Source: Candidatus Parcubacteria bacterium (GTDB lineage Bacteria; Patescibacteriota; Minisyncoccia; Phycocordibacterales; PALSA-1337). Taken from it: a stretch of 64,000 nucleotides of DNA. The position numbers and the translations under genes were made by a program. The DNA lies in assembly GCA_041158765.1 (NCBI GenBank), contig JBEBAU010000018.1, positions 2,557-66,556 on the forward strand, read 5' to 3'. Shown piece after piece: positions 9,251 through 18,338 of this stretch. The notes beneath the pieces are model-generated. The model was given only the letters and a program-made list of their open reading frames with translations, made no database searches and had not been told where the DNA came from. Each line of letters starts with the position of its first letter. Positions within the stretch are counted from its first letter, which is position 1.

Positions 9251-11137
9251 ATGGATACAAAGCTCAGCTCAGCCCAAATACGTTCACGATTCCTCGCTTT
9301 CTTCGAGAAGCGAGGGCATACAATCATACCTTCTGCATCTCTCGTTACGAGCGATGAAAAGGGTGTAACCAATCCTACACTTTTCAACACTGCTGGTATG
9401 CAACCGCTCATACCATATCTTCTTGGTAAGCCATATATTAAGGACGGCGCGACTGTCACTCGTCTTGCTGATTCACAGAAGTGCGTTCGTACTATTGATA
9501 TTGATGATATTGGTGATAAGACACATGCTACTTTTTTTGAAATGCTTGGTAATTGGTCTCTTGGTGATTATTTCAAAAAAGAGGCTATTGAATGGAGTTT
9601 TCAATTCTTAACTAATCCAGTTGATGCCCCGAAGGGTGATGCTGGTCTTGGTCTCAATCCAAACCGTCTTTACGTCAGTGTTTTCGAAGGTGATGCTGTT
9701 GCGCCACGTGATGAAGAAGCAGCTGAAATTTGGCGAGCTATTTTCAAAAAGAATGGTATTGATTTTGGTGGGGATACAACACAAGGTGAAGCTGGTCGCA
9801 TTTTCTATTTGCCTGCAAAAAATAATTGGTGGGAAGCTGGAGACAATGGTCCATGCGGTCCTGATACAGAGATGTTTTATGATGTTGAAAATACATTCGG
9901 TGGCAAGCTTCTCACGCACGCTGAGTATGTGAAGGCTGATGATGAGCGAACCGTGCTCGAGATTTGGAATGATGTATTCATGCAGTATGAAAAGAAGGAC
10001 GGCAAAGTCATCGGCAAACTTCCAAAGCCATCTGTTGATACAGGCGCCGGCCTTGAGCGTCTCACAATGACATTACAGGGTGTGGATAATATTTACGATA
10101 CGGATTTGTTGAAGCCCGTTATGGATCTCATGAAGAATCCAAATGCAGATATTCGTAATAAACGAATAGTTGCAGATCATCTTCGAGCAAGCGTTTTCAT
10201 GATTTCAGATGGTGTTATTCCATCAAATACTGATCGAGGATACATCCTCCGTCGTCTTATTCGTCGCGCGGTTATGAATACAACCGATAAGAAGCTTGAT
10301 GCACCACGAGTGAATGCATTCGTTACTACACTTGTGCAGATTTATGCCGATTCATATCCAGAACTTACGAATGGTGTTGAACAAATAAAAAAAGTTTTAC
10401 TTGAAGAGTGTGAAAAGTTTGCTAAGACACTCGAGCAAGGTATGAAAGAATTCGATAAGGTTACTCAGGGAGTGAGTGAAATTTCTGGTCCTGTTGCTCT
10501 TACACTTTCATCATCATTTGGTCTGCCAATCGATTCGATTGAAGAACTCGCAAAAAGTCATGGTAAAACTGTGAATATCGCAGAATATCTTACAGAATTC
10601 AAAAAACACCAAGACCTCTCTCGTGCGGGTGCAGAACAGAAGTTCAAGGGTGGTCTTGCTGATGCAAATGATCCGATGGTGCTTCGATATCATACAGCTA
10701 CGCACCTTCTTCATCAGGCACTTCACGATGTACTTGGCGAAGAATCAGGGGGTCAGAAGGGTTCGAATATCACCGCTGAGCGATTACGTTTTGATTTCAT
10801 GGGTATCAAGCTTACTGACGAGCAAAAGAAGCGAGTTGAGGATATTGTGAATGAAAAAATTGCCCTCAAATTACCAATGAATAAAGTGGTTCTTCCAAAG
10901 AGTGAGGCAGAGAAGACTGGTGCACGGCATTTCTTTGGTGAAAAGTACGGCGATGAAGTTTCAATTTATTTCATTGGTACTGATCTTGCTCATGCTTACT
11001 CAAAAGAGTTCTGTGGAGGTCCACACGTTACCAATACTGCTGATCTTGCAGGGCCTGAAGGCACGTGGAAATTCAAAATCCAAAAAGAAGAAGCTGTTTC
11101 ACAGGGTGTTCGACGTATCAAAGCTGTTTTGCAGTAA
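9251..11137 (+). CDS. alaS: Alanyl-tRNA synthetase, compact form lacking the C-Ala domain
   Basis: Class II AlaRS catalytic core at the N-terminus; editing-domain motifs HTATHLLHQALHDVLG and CGGPHV; only 628 aa. Confidence 0.85.
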   Translation: MDTKLSSAQIRSRFLAFFEKRGHTIIPSASLVTSDEKGVTNPTLFNTAGMQPLIPYLLGKPYIKDGATVTRLADSQKCVRTIDIDDIGDKTHATFFEMLGNWSLGDYFKKEAIEWSFQFLTNPVDAPKGDAGLGLNPNRLYVSVFEGDAVAPRDEEAAEIWRAIFKKNGIDFGGDTTQGEAGRIFYLPAKNNWWEAGDNGPCGPDTEMFYDVENTFGGKLLTHAEYVKADDERTVLEIWNDVFMQYEKKDGKVIGKLPKPSVDTGAGLERLTMTLQGVDNIYDTDLLKPVMDLMKNPNADIRNKRIVADHLRASVFMISDGVIPSNTDRGYILRRLIRRAVMNTTDKKLDAPRVNAFVTTLVQIYADSYPELTNGVEQIKKVLLEECEKFAKTLEQGMKEFDKVTQGVSEISGPVALTLSSSFGLPIDSIEELAKSHGKTVNIAEYLTEFKKHQDLSRAGAEQKFKGGLADANDPMVLRYHTATHLLHQALHDVLGEESGGQKGSNITAERLRFDFMGIKLTDEQKKRVEDIVNEKIALKLPMNKVVLPKSEAEKTGARHFFGEKYGDEVSIYFIGTDLAHAYSKEFCGGPHVTNTADLAGPEGTWKFKIQKEEAVSQGVRRIKAVLQ

Positions 11138-11209
11138 TATTGCTCATTGCACATTCGTATTGTTTGAATTATCACCACCTGTGATTCACGGCTGTGATAT
11201 ACTAGACGC

Positions 11210-12460
11210 ATGTCCTTCACATCACTTTTTCGCCATACAGAAAAAGCTACAGTAGAACAGGGTGCCGGTGCACTTTGGGCGCTTATCGACATTCAGAGTG
11301 GTCTTGTTCGAGGTTCTCTCGTACTTTTGAATCCGGGTAAGCCTTCACGTATTCTATATACAACACAACACCAGCTCCCACACAAAACAATTGCAAGTTC
11401 AGCGTATATTACCAAGATGATGCTGAAAGGCGTTTCTGAGGTTGCCGCAGAATTAAGCAAAAAAGGCTTCATCAGTGCTGATGTTGGTGGTACTGTGGAT
11501 TCTTCTGGACAGCAATTTGGATATCACGGCAATCTCGCTGGCGTGCATTACATTCTTTCATCTCCTTGGGTAATATCTCAGACAAAAACAGTAAAAATTG
11601 CATATGACAAACCAACAGTTATTACTCAAGCAACTGTTCAAGGGGTTATCGATCGAGCTCGTGCCGAACTTGAAGCGGGAGAATTTAATTTTGATGCAAT
11701 TTCAATTGAACAAAAAATATTTGAAGTGAAACTTAACGGCTATTCGGTCGGTAATTATGAAGGAAAGACAGCAAGTAATCTCGAAGTCTCTTGTGCGATT
11801 TCAGTAAGCTCAAATAAGATTCTTGAAAAGATTGCTACACACGCACAACGCTCGCTTCATACTAAGAGATTCCGATATCATTCAGCACTCTTACTTGAGT
11901 ATGCGGGTCTACGAAGTGTATTACGTGATCATCAAGAATACATGGTCATCCACGCTCATAGCGAATTAACCGACGTGGTGGTAGTGAGAGCTGGAATGTG
12001 CGCATTCCTTTCATCATTTCCATTCGGAATATTCACGGTGCTCCGCAAAATCGCAAGAACAACTCGCCAGACGGTATCTATTGCTGATTCAACACTCGCT
12101 TTGTATGACCATAGTAATGAAAGTTCCGGCTCTATTCCAAAAAGCCTTTCTCGAGAAGAACAGATTAGATTGGAACCAGTGATTTCTGCTATCGGCAAAG
12201 GATGGATTCACGATCTCCATGCTGCTCTTGCACATGCTGGAGAACGAATGGTTATTCCACGTTTGATTGTGCTTTCTGCACATAGTCATTTGTCGTTTTT
12301 CAAAAGCGAGCTCGAAAAGTCAGCTCCAGTAGGGTCTGCGCCAGCCATTTCAGCTTTGGAGCTTCCGGTGATAGAACCATTCGTGCAGTATGATCCGGGA
12401 CAAGTACGAAGTTTGCGAATGGGAATATATACGACAGCGATAGCAAACCTTGAAAATTAA
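11210..12460 (+). CDS. Hypothetical protein, possibly a divergent actin-like ATPase fold (FtsA/PilM/Ppx-GppA-like) with degenerate phosphate motifs
   Basis: N-terminal ALWALIDIQSGLVRGSLVLL and the later ADVGGTVDSS and VVVVRAGMCAF segments loosely resemble actin-fold phosphate/adenosine motifs; weak. Confidence 0.35.
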   Translation: MSFTSLFRHTEKATVEQGAGALWALIDIQSGLVRGSLVLLNPGKPSRILYTTQHQLPHKTIASSAYITKMMLKGVSEVAAELSKKGFISADVGGTVDSSGQQFGYHGNLAGVHYILSSPWVISQTKTVKIAYDKPTVITQATVQGVIDRARAELEAGEFNFDAISIEQKIFEVKLNGYSVGNYEGKTASNLEVSCAISVSSNKILEKIATHAQRSLHTKRFRYHSALLLEYAGLRSVLRDHQEYMVIHAHSELTDVVVVRAGMCAFLSSFPFGIFTVLRKIARTTRQTVSIADSTLALYDHSNESSGSIPKSLSREEQIRLEPVISAIGKGWIHDLHAALAHAGERMVIPRLIVLSAHSHLSFFKSELEKSAPVGSAPAISALELPVIEPFVQYDPGQVRSLRMGIYTTAIANLEN

Positions 12461-12474
12461 TTTAATATATTTTT

Positions 12475-13845
12475 ATGTCTGAAAAGAAGATGCCACAAGA
12501 TATGGTTCCAAATAATCGTCGATCGATACGTGATATCAAGGTGAAGCTTACACCTATGGATGAAAAGCCTTTGCCACGAGCCAAGGTGACTGTGAAGCCT
12601 CCGCCAGAAGTTAGAGCTGCACGACGAGCAAGTTCAAGTACAGCTTCTGGTTCTGTTTCAAAAAAGAGACATGAATCAAATCGAACTAAGATGGTATTGA
12701 TGTTTGGTATTTTGATATTGTGCATCGGTATTATTCTCGCAGCAATTTCACTTATTTTTTCAAGTGGAACTGTTGTAGTGAAACCTAAGGTGATTTCACT
12801 TGCAGTGAATACATCAGTATCCGCTCGACCGAATGCCGCGAATACCTCTGGTGGGCTTTCATACGAAGTTATTACTGCAACAAAAGACATGTACGCAACT
12901 ATTCCTTCAGTTCCTGGGCCGGCTATTCTCAAAAAAGCTACAGGAACAGTCACTCTATATAACAAATACTCTGCTACACCTCAAAAAATCGTCGCAGGTA
13001 CACGATTGAGCAATACGAAGGGTCTTATATATCGTACACAGACAGCGGTGACAATACCTGCAATGCGGGGAACAGGTAGCAAAGCCGTCGCAGGAAGTGT
13101 TGATGTGAAAGTTATTGCAGATCAAGCTGGTGCAAACTACAATGCGACACTCACAGACCTCACTGGTGATTTCAAAATTGTTGCATATAAGGGTACAACC
13201 AAATACACAACGATATTTGCGCGATCAAAGACCGACTTAGTTGGTGGATACTCAGGTGTAAGTACTGTTCCAGACAAAACTGCTCTTGCTACAACCCAAA
13301 AAGGTCTTTCACAAACACTCAAAGCACAACTTCTCGCAGATTCAAAGACATTGATACCAAAGGGTTATGTTTCATACAATGCCGCAGATCAGATTTCATA
13401 TACTATGATTGATCCAGTTGCGAAGGGTACAAGCAGTGCGTCTGTAGGTGTGAAGGCAACCTATTCAACATATATTTTCAAATCAGTTGATTTGGTTAAT
13501 ACATTTGCAAAAGATCAGGTCGCACAGTTTCCATCAGGAGGATTCACTATCGAGGGTCTTGATGCGCTCAATGTTCAAATTGCTTCTTCAACAGCAGCCG
13601 CTGGATTATCAGCTTCATCATCAAAACCAATTTCATTTGGTTTGAAAGGGGATATCCGTCTTGTCGGTATTGTACCTGTGGATAAGTTGAAGCAAGAGCT
13701 TGTAGGAATAGCCCTTTCCGACACTGCTGGAGTAATAAAACGCTATAGTACAATTGCGAGCGCCTATGCTAAAATATCTCCTGTCTGGATGCGTTCAATG
13801 CCTGATAGTCCAGAGCGTATTACCGTAGAAATTCAGTCAGAATAA
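12475..13845 (+). CDS. Hypothetical bitopic membrane protein (basic cytoplasmic N-terminus, one TM helix, large Thr/Ser/Ala-rich extracytoplasmic domain)
   Basis: TM segment MVLMFGILILCIGIILAAISLIF after a K/R-rich N-terminus; no family recognised. Confidence 0.45.
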   Translation: MSEKKMPQDMVPNNRRSIRDIKVKLTPMDEKPLPRAKVTVKPPPEVRAARRASSSTASGSVSKKRHESNRTKMVLMFGILILCIGIILAAISLIFSSGTVVVKPKVISLAVNTSVSARPNAANTSGGLSYEVITATKDMYATIPSVPGPAILKKATGTVTLYNKYSATPQKIVAGTRLSNTKGLIYRTQTAVTIPAMRGTGSKAVAGSVDVKVIADQAGANYNATLTDLTGDFKIVAYKGTTKYTTIFARSKTDLVGGYSGVSTVPDKTALATTQKGLSQTLKAQLLADSKTLIPKGYVSYNAADQISYTMIDPVAKGTSSASVGVKATYSTYIFKSVDLVNTFAKDQVAQFPSGGFTIEGLDALNVQIASSTAAAGLSASSSKPISFGLKGDIRLVGIVPVDKLKQELVGIALSDTAGVIKRYSTIASAYAKISPVWMRSMPDSPERITVEIQSE

Positions 13846-13896
13846 CCTCAAGTTGGGGTCAAAAAGGCAGCCAACACGGAAATCCCCGTGCTGGTA

Positions 13897-13925
13897 TTGA
13901 CTTTTTTTGTGCTTTCAGCTACTAT
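13897..13925 (+). promoter_or_regulatory. Sigma-70-like promoter TTGACT-17-TACTAT upstream of infA
   Basis: Seen in sequence; about 60 nt upstream of the infA ATG. Confidence 0.5.
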
Positions 13926-13984
13926 GGTTCGACGCGTTACGTTTGGTGTATCGCGATGTTCTCTAGTCTCTATTTCGAAAAACC

Positions 13985-14203
13985 TTGGCAAAAATTTCCG
14001 CAAATAATCTCACATTTGGAGTAGTTACAGAAGCGTTGCCTGATACGCTTTTCCGAGTGAAGCTTGATGGAAAAGATGATGTGGTGCTTGCATATCTCGC
14101 TGGCAAGATGCGCATGCATCGGATCAAGGTGCTTATCGGCGATCGAGTAGAGTTGGCACTTGACCCATACGGGGGACGTGCACGCGTCACCAAACGTTTG
14201 TAG
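13985..14203 (+). CDS. infA: Translation initiation factor IF-1
   Basis: 72-aa S1-like protein; TLFRVKLDGKDDVVLAYLAGKMRMHRIKVLIGDRVELAL matches IF-1. Confidence 0.9.
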   Translation: MAKISANNLTFGVVTEALPDTLFRVKLDGKDDVVLAYLAGKMRMHRIKVLIGDRVELALDPYGGRARVTKRL

Positions 14204-14262
14204 CAAAGAGTTAGACATGACCGCAGAAATACATTTCAAATCAAAAAAAGCAAAATAATATT

Positions 14263-14379
14263 ATGAAAGTAAAAGCATCAGTAAAAAAGATTTGTCCAAA
14301 GTGTAGCGTTGTTCGACGCAAGGGTTATGTATACATTATCTGCAAGGCAAATCCTCGCCACAAGCAGAGACAGGGCTAA
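14263..14379 (+). CDS. rpmJ: 50S ribosomal protein L36 (38 aa; below the ORF-track size cutoff)
   Basis: Translated by hand: [38 protein letters not shown], with the zinc-ribbon C-x2-C...C...H pattern of L36; lies between infA and rpsM as expected. Confidence 0.85.
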   Translation: MKVKASVKKICPKCSVVRRKGYVYIICKANPRHKQRQG

Positions 14380-14412
14380 TACGAATTATTTCAATATCAT
14401 TATATTAATCAC

Positions 14413-14793
14413 ATGCGTATCCTCGGTATCACAATTCCAGACGGCAAGCGACTCGAAATAGCTCTCACAGCTCTTTATGGTATTGGCCGATCTCGTGCAC
14501 TACATATTCTCAAGGAAGCACAGGTTGATGTTGCTATCAAAGCAAAGGATGTAACAGTTGATCAGGAGAATGCTATTCGTAAAGTTATCGAAACATTCAG
14601 AATCGAAGGAGATTTGAAGCGAGAAGTTGCTTCGAATATTAAGCGTCTCAAGGACATCAAGTCATTCCGTGGAAGCCGACACGCACGACGTCTCCCAGCT
14701 CGAGGGCAGCGTACCAAGACCAACTCCCGAACTGTACGAGGTAACGTCCGAAAGACTATGGGATCTGGACGAAAGAAGGAGGAGAAGAAATAA
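14413..14793 (+). CDS. rpsM: 30S ribosomal protein S13
   Basis: MRILGITIPDGKRLEIALTALYGIGRSRA... canonical S13. Confidence 0.9.
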   Translation: MRILGITIPDGKRLEIALTALYGIGRSRALHILKEAQVDVAIKAKDVTVDQENAIRKVIETFRIEGDLKREVASNIKRLKDIKSFRGSRHARRLPARGQRTKTNSRTVRGNVRKTMGSGRKKEEKK

Positions 14794-14820
14794 GACTGAA
14801 CGAATATTAATATCATTATT

Positions 14821-15276
14821 ATGGCAGAGAAAAAAACTACAACAAAGAAAGAGGTCACAAAGAAGGATGCTCCAAAGGCAGAGCCTACTAAGGCTGCTAC
14901 TGCAGCACCAGCTACTTCGTCAAAGAAGCGGCTTGATTTTGGTGTTCTCTATGTTCAGTCTACATACAATAACACCAAGGTTCTTCTCACTGACGCAAAG
15001 GGCAATGCAATTATGGCTTCATCTGCGGGTGCTCTTGGTTTCAAGGGTGCAAAGAAGGGTACACCATTTGCTGCAGCTAAGGTTGGTGAAACTCTCGCTA
15101 TGAAGGCACAGCCAATGGGACTCAAGGAAATCGCTGTTGTAGTAAAAGGTACTGGATCAGGTCGCGAATCAGCAATTCGCGGCTTTATTTCTAAGGGTAT
15201 CATCATTACTAGCATCAAGGATGTAACCCCGGTTCCATTCAACGGCCCGAAGCCGAAGAAGCCGCGACGAGTATAA
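14821..15276 (+). CDS. rpsK: 30S ribosomal protein S11
   Basis: GVLYVQSTYNNTKVLLTDAKGNAIMASSAG...GTGSGRESAIRG canonical S11. Confidence 0.9.
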   Translation: MAEKKTTTKKEVTKKDAPKAEPTKAATAAPATSSKKRLDFGVLYVQSTYNNTKVLLTDAKGNAIMASSAGALGFKGAKKGTPFAAAKVGETLAMKAQPMGLKEIAVVVKGTGSGRESAIRGFISKGIIITSIKDVTPVPFNGPKPKKPRRV

Positions 15277-15305
15277 AGCCTTTCATTTAATTTTTTACCA
15301 TTCAT

Positions 15306-15923
15306 ATGATTATTGGACCACGATACAAAATAGCCCGCCGCCTCGGAGTGCCTGTCTTTGAAAAGACACAGACACAAAAGTTCGCAATGCGATCAGCTGC
15401 TCGCGATGGAGGAAAGGGTGCAGGCAAGGGCCGCCCAAAGGCAAAGTCTGATTTCGGTCTCGGACTTCTCGAGAAGCAGAAAGCTCGATACAGCTATGGT
15501 GTTACTTCAAAGCAGTTCGGTAATTACATTGCAAAGGCTGTTGAGAAGAAGGGTAACTCAGCTGAACTTCTCGTTCGTCTCCTCGAATCTCGTCTCGATA
15601 ACGTTGCTCTCCGTGCTGGATTTGCAACAACACGTGCCGCTGCACGACAGATGGTATCTCACGGTCATATTACAGTGAATGGTAAGCGCGTTACTATCCC
15701 TTCATACTCTGTTTCAGTTGGAGATATTATTTCTATTCGTGAAGGAAGCAAAAAGAAGGCTCTTTATAATACACTCGATGAGCGCCTCAAAGCAGTGAAG
15801 ATTCCTGCTTGGTTGAAACTCGATTTTGATAAGAAGGTTGTTACCGTTGACGGCCTTCCGTTCGCCCCAACTACCGAACTCCTGTTCAATCCGGGTGCAG
15901 TGCTCGAGTTTTATAGCCGTTAA
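15306..15923 (+). CDS. rpsD: 30S ribosomal protein S4
   Basis: RYKIARRLGV..., LESRLDNVALRAGFATTRAAARQMVSHGHITVNGKRV (S4 domain). Confidence 0.9.
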   Translation: MIIGPRYKIARRLGVPVFEKTQTQKFAMRSAARDGGKGAGKGRPKAKSDFGLGLLEKQKARYSYGVTSKQFGNYIAKAVEKKGNSAELLVRLLESRLDNVALRAGFATTRAAARQMVSHGHITVNGKRVTIPSYSVSVGDIISIREGSKKKALYNTLDERLKAVKIPAWLKLDFDKKVVTVDGLPFAPTTELLFNPGAVLEFYSR

Positions 15924-15949
15924 TTAGTAATAATTTTAATACAAAACAT

Positions 15950-16927
15950 ATGTCTAATTTCAACGTTGTATTGCCATCAAAGCCAAAGATCATCCGCGAG
16001 GAGGGTATGAATGGCGTGTATGAGATCGACGGTCTTTACCCAGGCTACGGACACACACTCGGTAACTCACTCCGACGTATTATTCTTTCATCTCTTCCTG
16101 GAGCTGCAGTAAGCAAGGTTAAGATCAAGGGTGTCGAACATGAATTTTCATCAATTGATGGCGTCAAGGAAGACGTTATTGCTATTCTTTTGAATTTGAA
16201 AAAGCTCCGTGTTCGTATCAATGGTGACGAAGCACAGGTTATTACCTTAAAAGCAAAGGGTGTTAAGTCTATCAAAGCAAAGGATATTGATGCTCCTTCT
16301 CAGGTTGAAATTCTTAATCCTGAACTCCACCTTATCGAACTCACTGACAAAGCTGCTGAGATTGATATGGAAATCACTGTAGTTAAGGGTCTTGGATATG
16401 TTGCTAAGGAAGTTCTCGAAAAGGACCGAGTTGATATCGGTACTATTTCACTCGATGCAACTTTCACTCCTATCCGAAAGGTGAATTATGAAGTTGAAAA
16501 CATGCGAGTTGGAGATCGAACTGATTTCAATCGTCTTCGCATCACTATCGAGACTGACGGTACACTCACTCCTAACGAAGCTCTCACGGAATCTATTGGT
16601 ATTATGATTAGCCAGCTTAAGGCTATTGTTGGTTTCAAGGAAGAAGAAGTTGTGAAATCAAAGAAGTCTGATAAGTCTTCTGACGATGAAGATGCTGCTT
16701 CAGAAGGAGCAACAAAGGAACTCGATGCTGATATGTTGAAGACACGCATTGATACTATTGGTCTTTCTCCTCGAACAATCAAGGCTCTTACTGCTGCAAA
16801 CATTCGCACAATCGGAGGCCTTTCACGAAAGAAGGAGGCTGATATCCTCGATGTCGAAGGTCTTGGCACAAAGGGTATTCAGGAAATCAAAAAGGTCCTT
16901 TCAACCTATGGTATTTCACTGAAATAA
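15950..16927 (+). CDS. rpoA: DNA-directed RNA polymerase alpha subunit
   Basis: N-terminal GHTLGNSLRRIILSSLPGAAV; C-terminal alpha-CTD after an acidic linker. Confidence 0.9.
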   Translation: MSNFNVVLPSKPKIIREEGMNGVYEIDGLYPGYGHTLGNSLRRIILSSLPGAAVSKVKIKGVEHEFSSIDGVKEDVIAILLNLKKLRVRINGDEAQVITLKAKGVKSIKAKDIDAPSQVEILNPELHLIELTDKAAEIDMEITVVKGLGYVAKEVLEKDRVDIGTISLDATFTPIRKVNYEVENMRVGDRTDFNRLRITIETDGTLTPNEALTESIGIMISQLKAIVGFKEEEVVKSKKSDKSSDDEDAASEGATKELDADMLKTRIDTIGLSPRTIKALTAANIRTIGGLSRKKEADILDVEGLGTKGIQEIKKVLSTYGISLK

Positions 16928-16954
16928 TATAGATAAGCATTAATAATCACTACC

Positions 16955-17305
16955 ATGAGACACCATTCATCAATACGAAAATTCGGCCGAGAGAAAGATC
17001 AGCGCAATGCGCTCATGAAGTCTCTTATGCGTAACCTTGTTAATGCCGAACAAATTATTACAACGTTGCCAAAAGCAAAGTCAATGCGACCAATGATTGA
17101 AAAGCTTGTTACCAAGGCAAAATCAGGTACTCTTGCAGACCGACGTCTTGTTATTGCTCGTATTGGTGGCGAGAAGGAGACAAAGAAACTTTTTGAAGTT
17201 ATTGCTCCAAAATACAAGACTCGTGCAGGTGGATACACTCGTATTGTTAAGCTTCCTCGTCGAAAGCTTGATGCGGCTGCTATGGCTGTCATTCAGTTCG
17301 TATAA
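16955..17305 (+). CDS. rplQ: 50S ribosomal protein L17
   Basis: MRHHSSIRKFGREKDQRNALMKSLMRNLV...TRAGGYTRIVKLPRR canonical L17. Confidence 0.9.
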   Translation: MRHHSSIRKFGREKDQRNALMKSLMRNLVNAEQIITTLPKAKSMRPMIEKLVTKAKSGTLADRRLVIARIGGEKETKKLFEVIAPKYKTRAGGYTRIVKLPRRKLDAAAMAVIQFV

Positions 17306-17326
17306 TAGACACATCAAGAAATTTTT

Positions 17327-17707
17327 ATGAAAACAACAACCGCAACAAACAATACTTCAGCAAATGTCATCACTATTGATGCTTCAGGTAAGCGTCTCGG
17401 TCGTGTTGCATCAGAAGCTGCAATGTATCTTCTTGGTAAAAAGGTTCCTACATTTGCTCGAAATCAGGTCGCTGATATTAAGGTAAACATTGTGAACTGT
17501 TCTCAGGCATATATTGATACCAAGAAAAAGGCTGACAAAGAATATGTAACATTCACTGGTTTCCGTGGAGGTATCAATACTGAGTCTCTTTCAGCTCTTA
17601 TTGCTCGAAAGGGTGTTTCTGAGCCTTTCCGACGAGCAGTATATCGAATGCTTCCAGGTAATTCGCTCCGAAAGAAGCGCATGATGAATCTAACTATCAG
17701 CGAATAA
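17327..17707 (+). CDS. rplM: 50S ribosomal protein L13
   Basis: IDASGKRLGRVASEAAMYLLGK... canonical L13. Confidence 0.9.
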   Translation: MKTTTATNNTSANVITIDASGKRLGRVASEAAMYLLGKKVPTFARNQVADIKVNIVNCSQAYIDTKKKADKEYVTFTGFRGGINTESLSALIARKGVSEPFRRAVYRMLPGNSLRKKRMMNLTISE

Positions 17708-17718
17708 TATCGACATTT

Positions 17719-18141
17719 ATGATGACAGCAACCAAAACAACTGAAAAGGGTGAACGATATATCGAAGCAATCGGCCGACGAAAGACCGCTATTGCACGAG
17801 TTCGTATTACACCAGCAACAAAGACAACATACTCTGTAAACGGCAAGGACCTCGAGAAGTATTTCACTATCAAGGAGCAGCTTCTTACAGCAATTGAAGC
17901 AATCAAAACATCAAAGCTTGCTGCTCAATTCAAGATTACTGTTGTTCTCAAGGGTGGTGGTATGAATGCTCAAGCAGATGCTATGCGACACGGTATGGCA
18001 CGTGCTTTCATCGAATACGATAAGCAACTCCGTGGATTGCTCAAGAAGGGAGGACTTCTCAAGCGAGATCCTCGAGCAAAGGAGCGCCGAAAGTTCGGTC
18101 TCAAGAAGGCCCGCAAGTCTCCTCAGTGGAGCAAGCGCTAA
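17719..18141 (+). CDS. rpsI: 30S ribosomal protein S9
   Basis: GRRKTAIARVRI...GGGMNAQADAMRHGMARA...RDPRAKERRKFGLKKARKSPQWSKR canonical S9. Confidence 0.9.
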   Translation: MMTATKTTEKGERYIEAIGRRKTAIARVRITPATKTTYSVNGKDLEKYFTIKEQLLTAIEAIKTSKLAAQFKITVVLKGGGMNAQADAMRHGMARAFIEYDKQLRGLLKKGGLLKRDPRAKERRKFGLKKARKSPQWSKR

Positions 18142-18252
18142 ATGCGCTTGCTCGGCCGGAGCTCGCGTAGGCGAGCGAGGCGGGGTCGCGAGATTTTTCA
18201 GCAGAAAAATACTCGTGACGCAAACGATAGTCCTGACGCAAGCGCTAAACTC

Positions 18253-18283
18253 AAACCCCGCCTATACTGGCGGGGTTTTTGTT
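18253..18283 (+). terminator. Intrinsic terminator (ccccgcc/ggcgggg, loop tatact, TTTTT)
   Basis: Seen in sequence about 110 nt after the rpsI stop; preceded by a GC-rich structured segment. Confidence 0.7.
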
Positions 18284-18338
18284 ATTGTGATAATGTGCGA
18301 TTTGGGATACCAAAATTGTTGTTTGTGAAAGGAAACCT

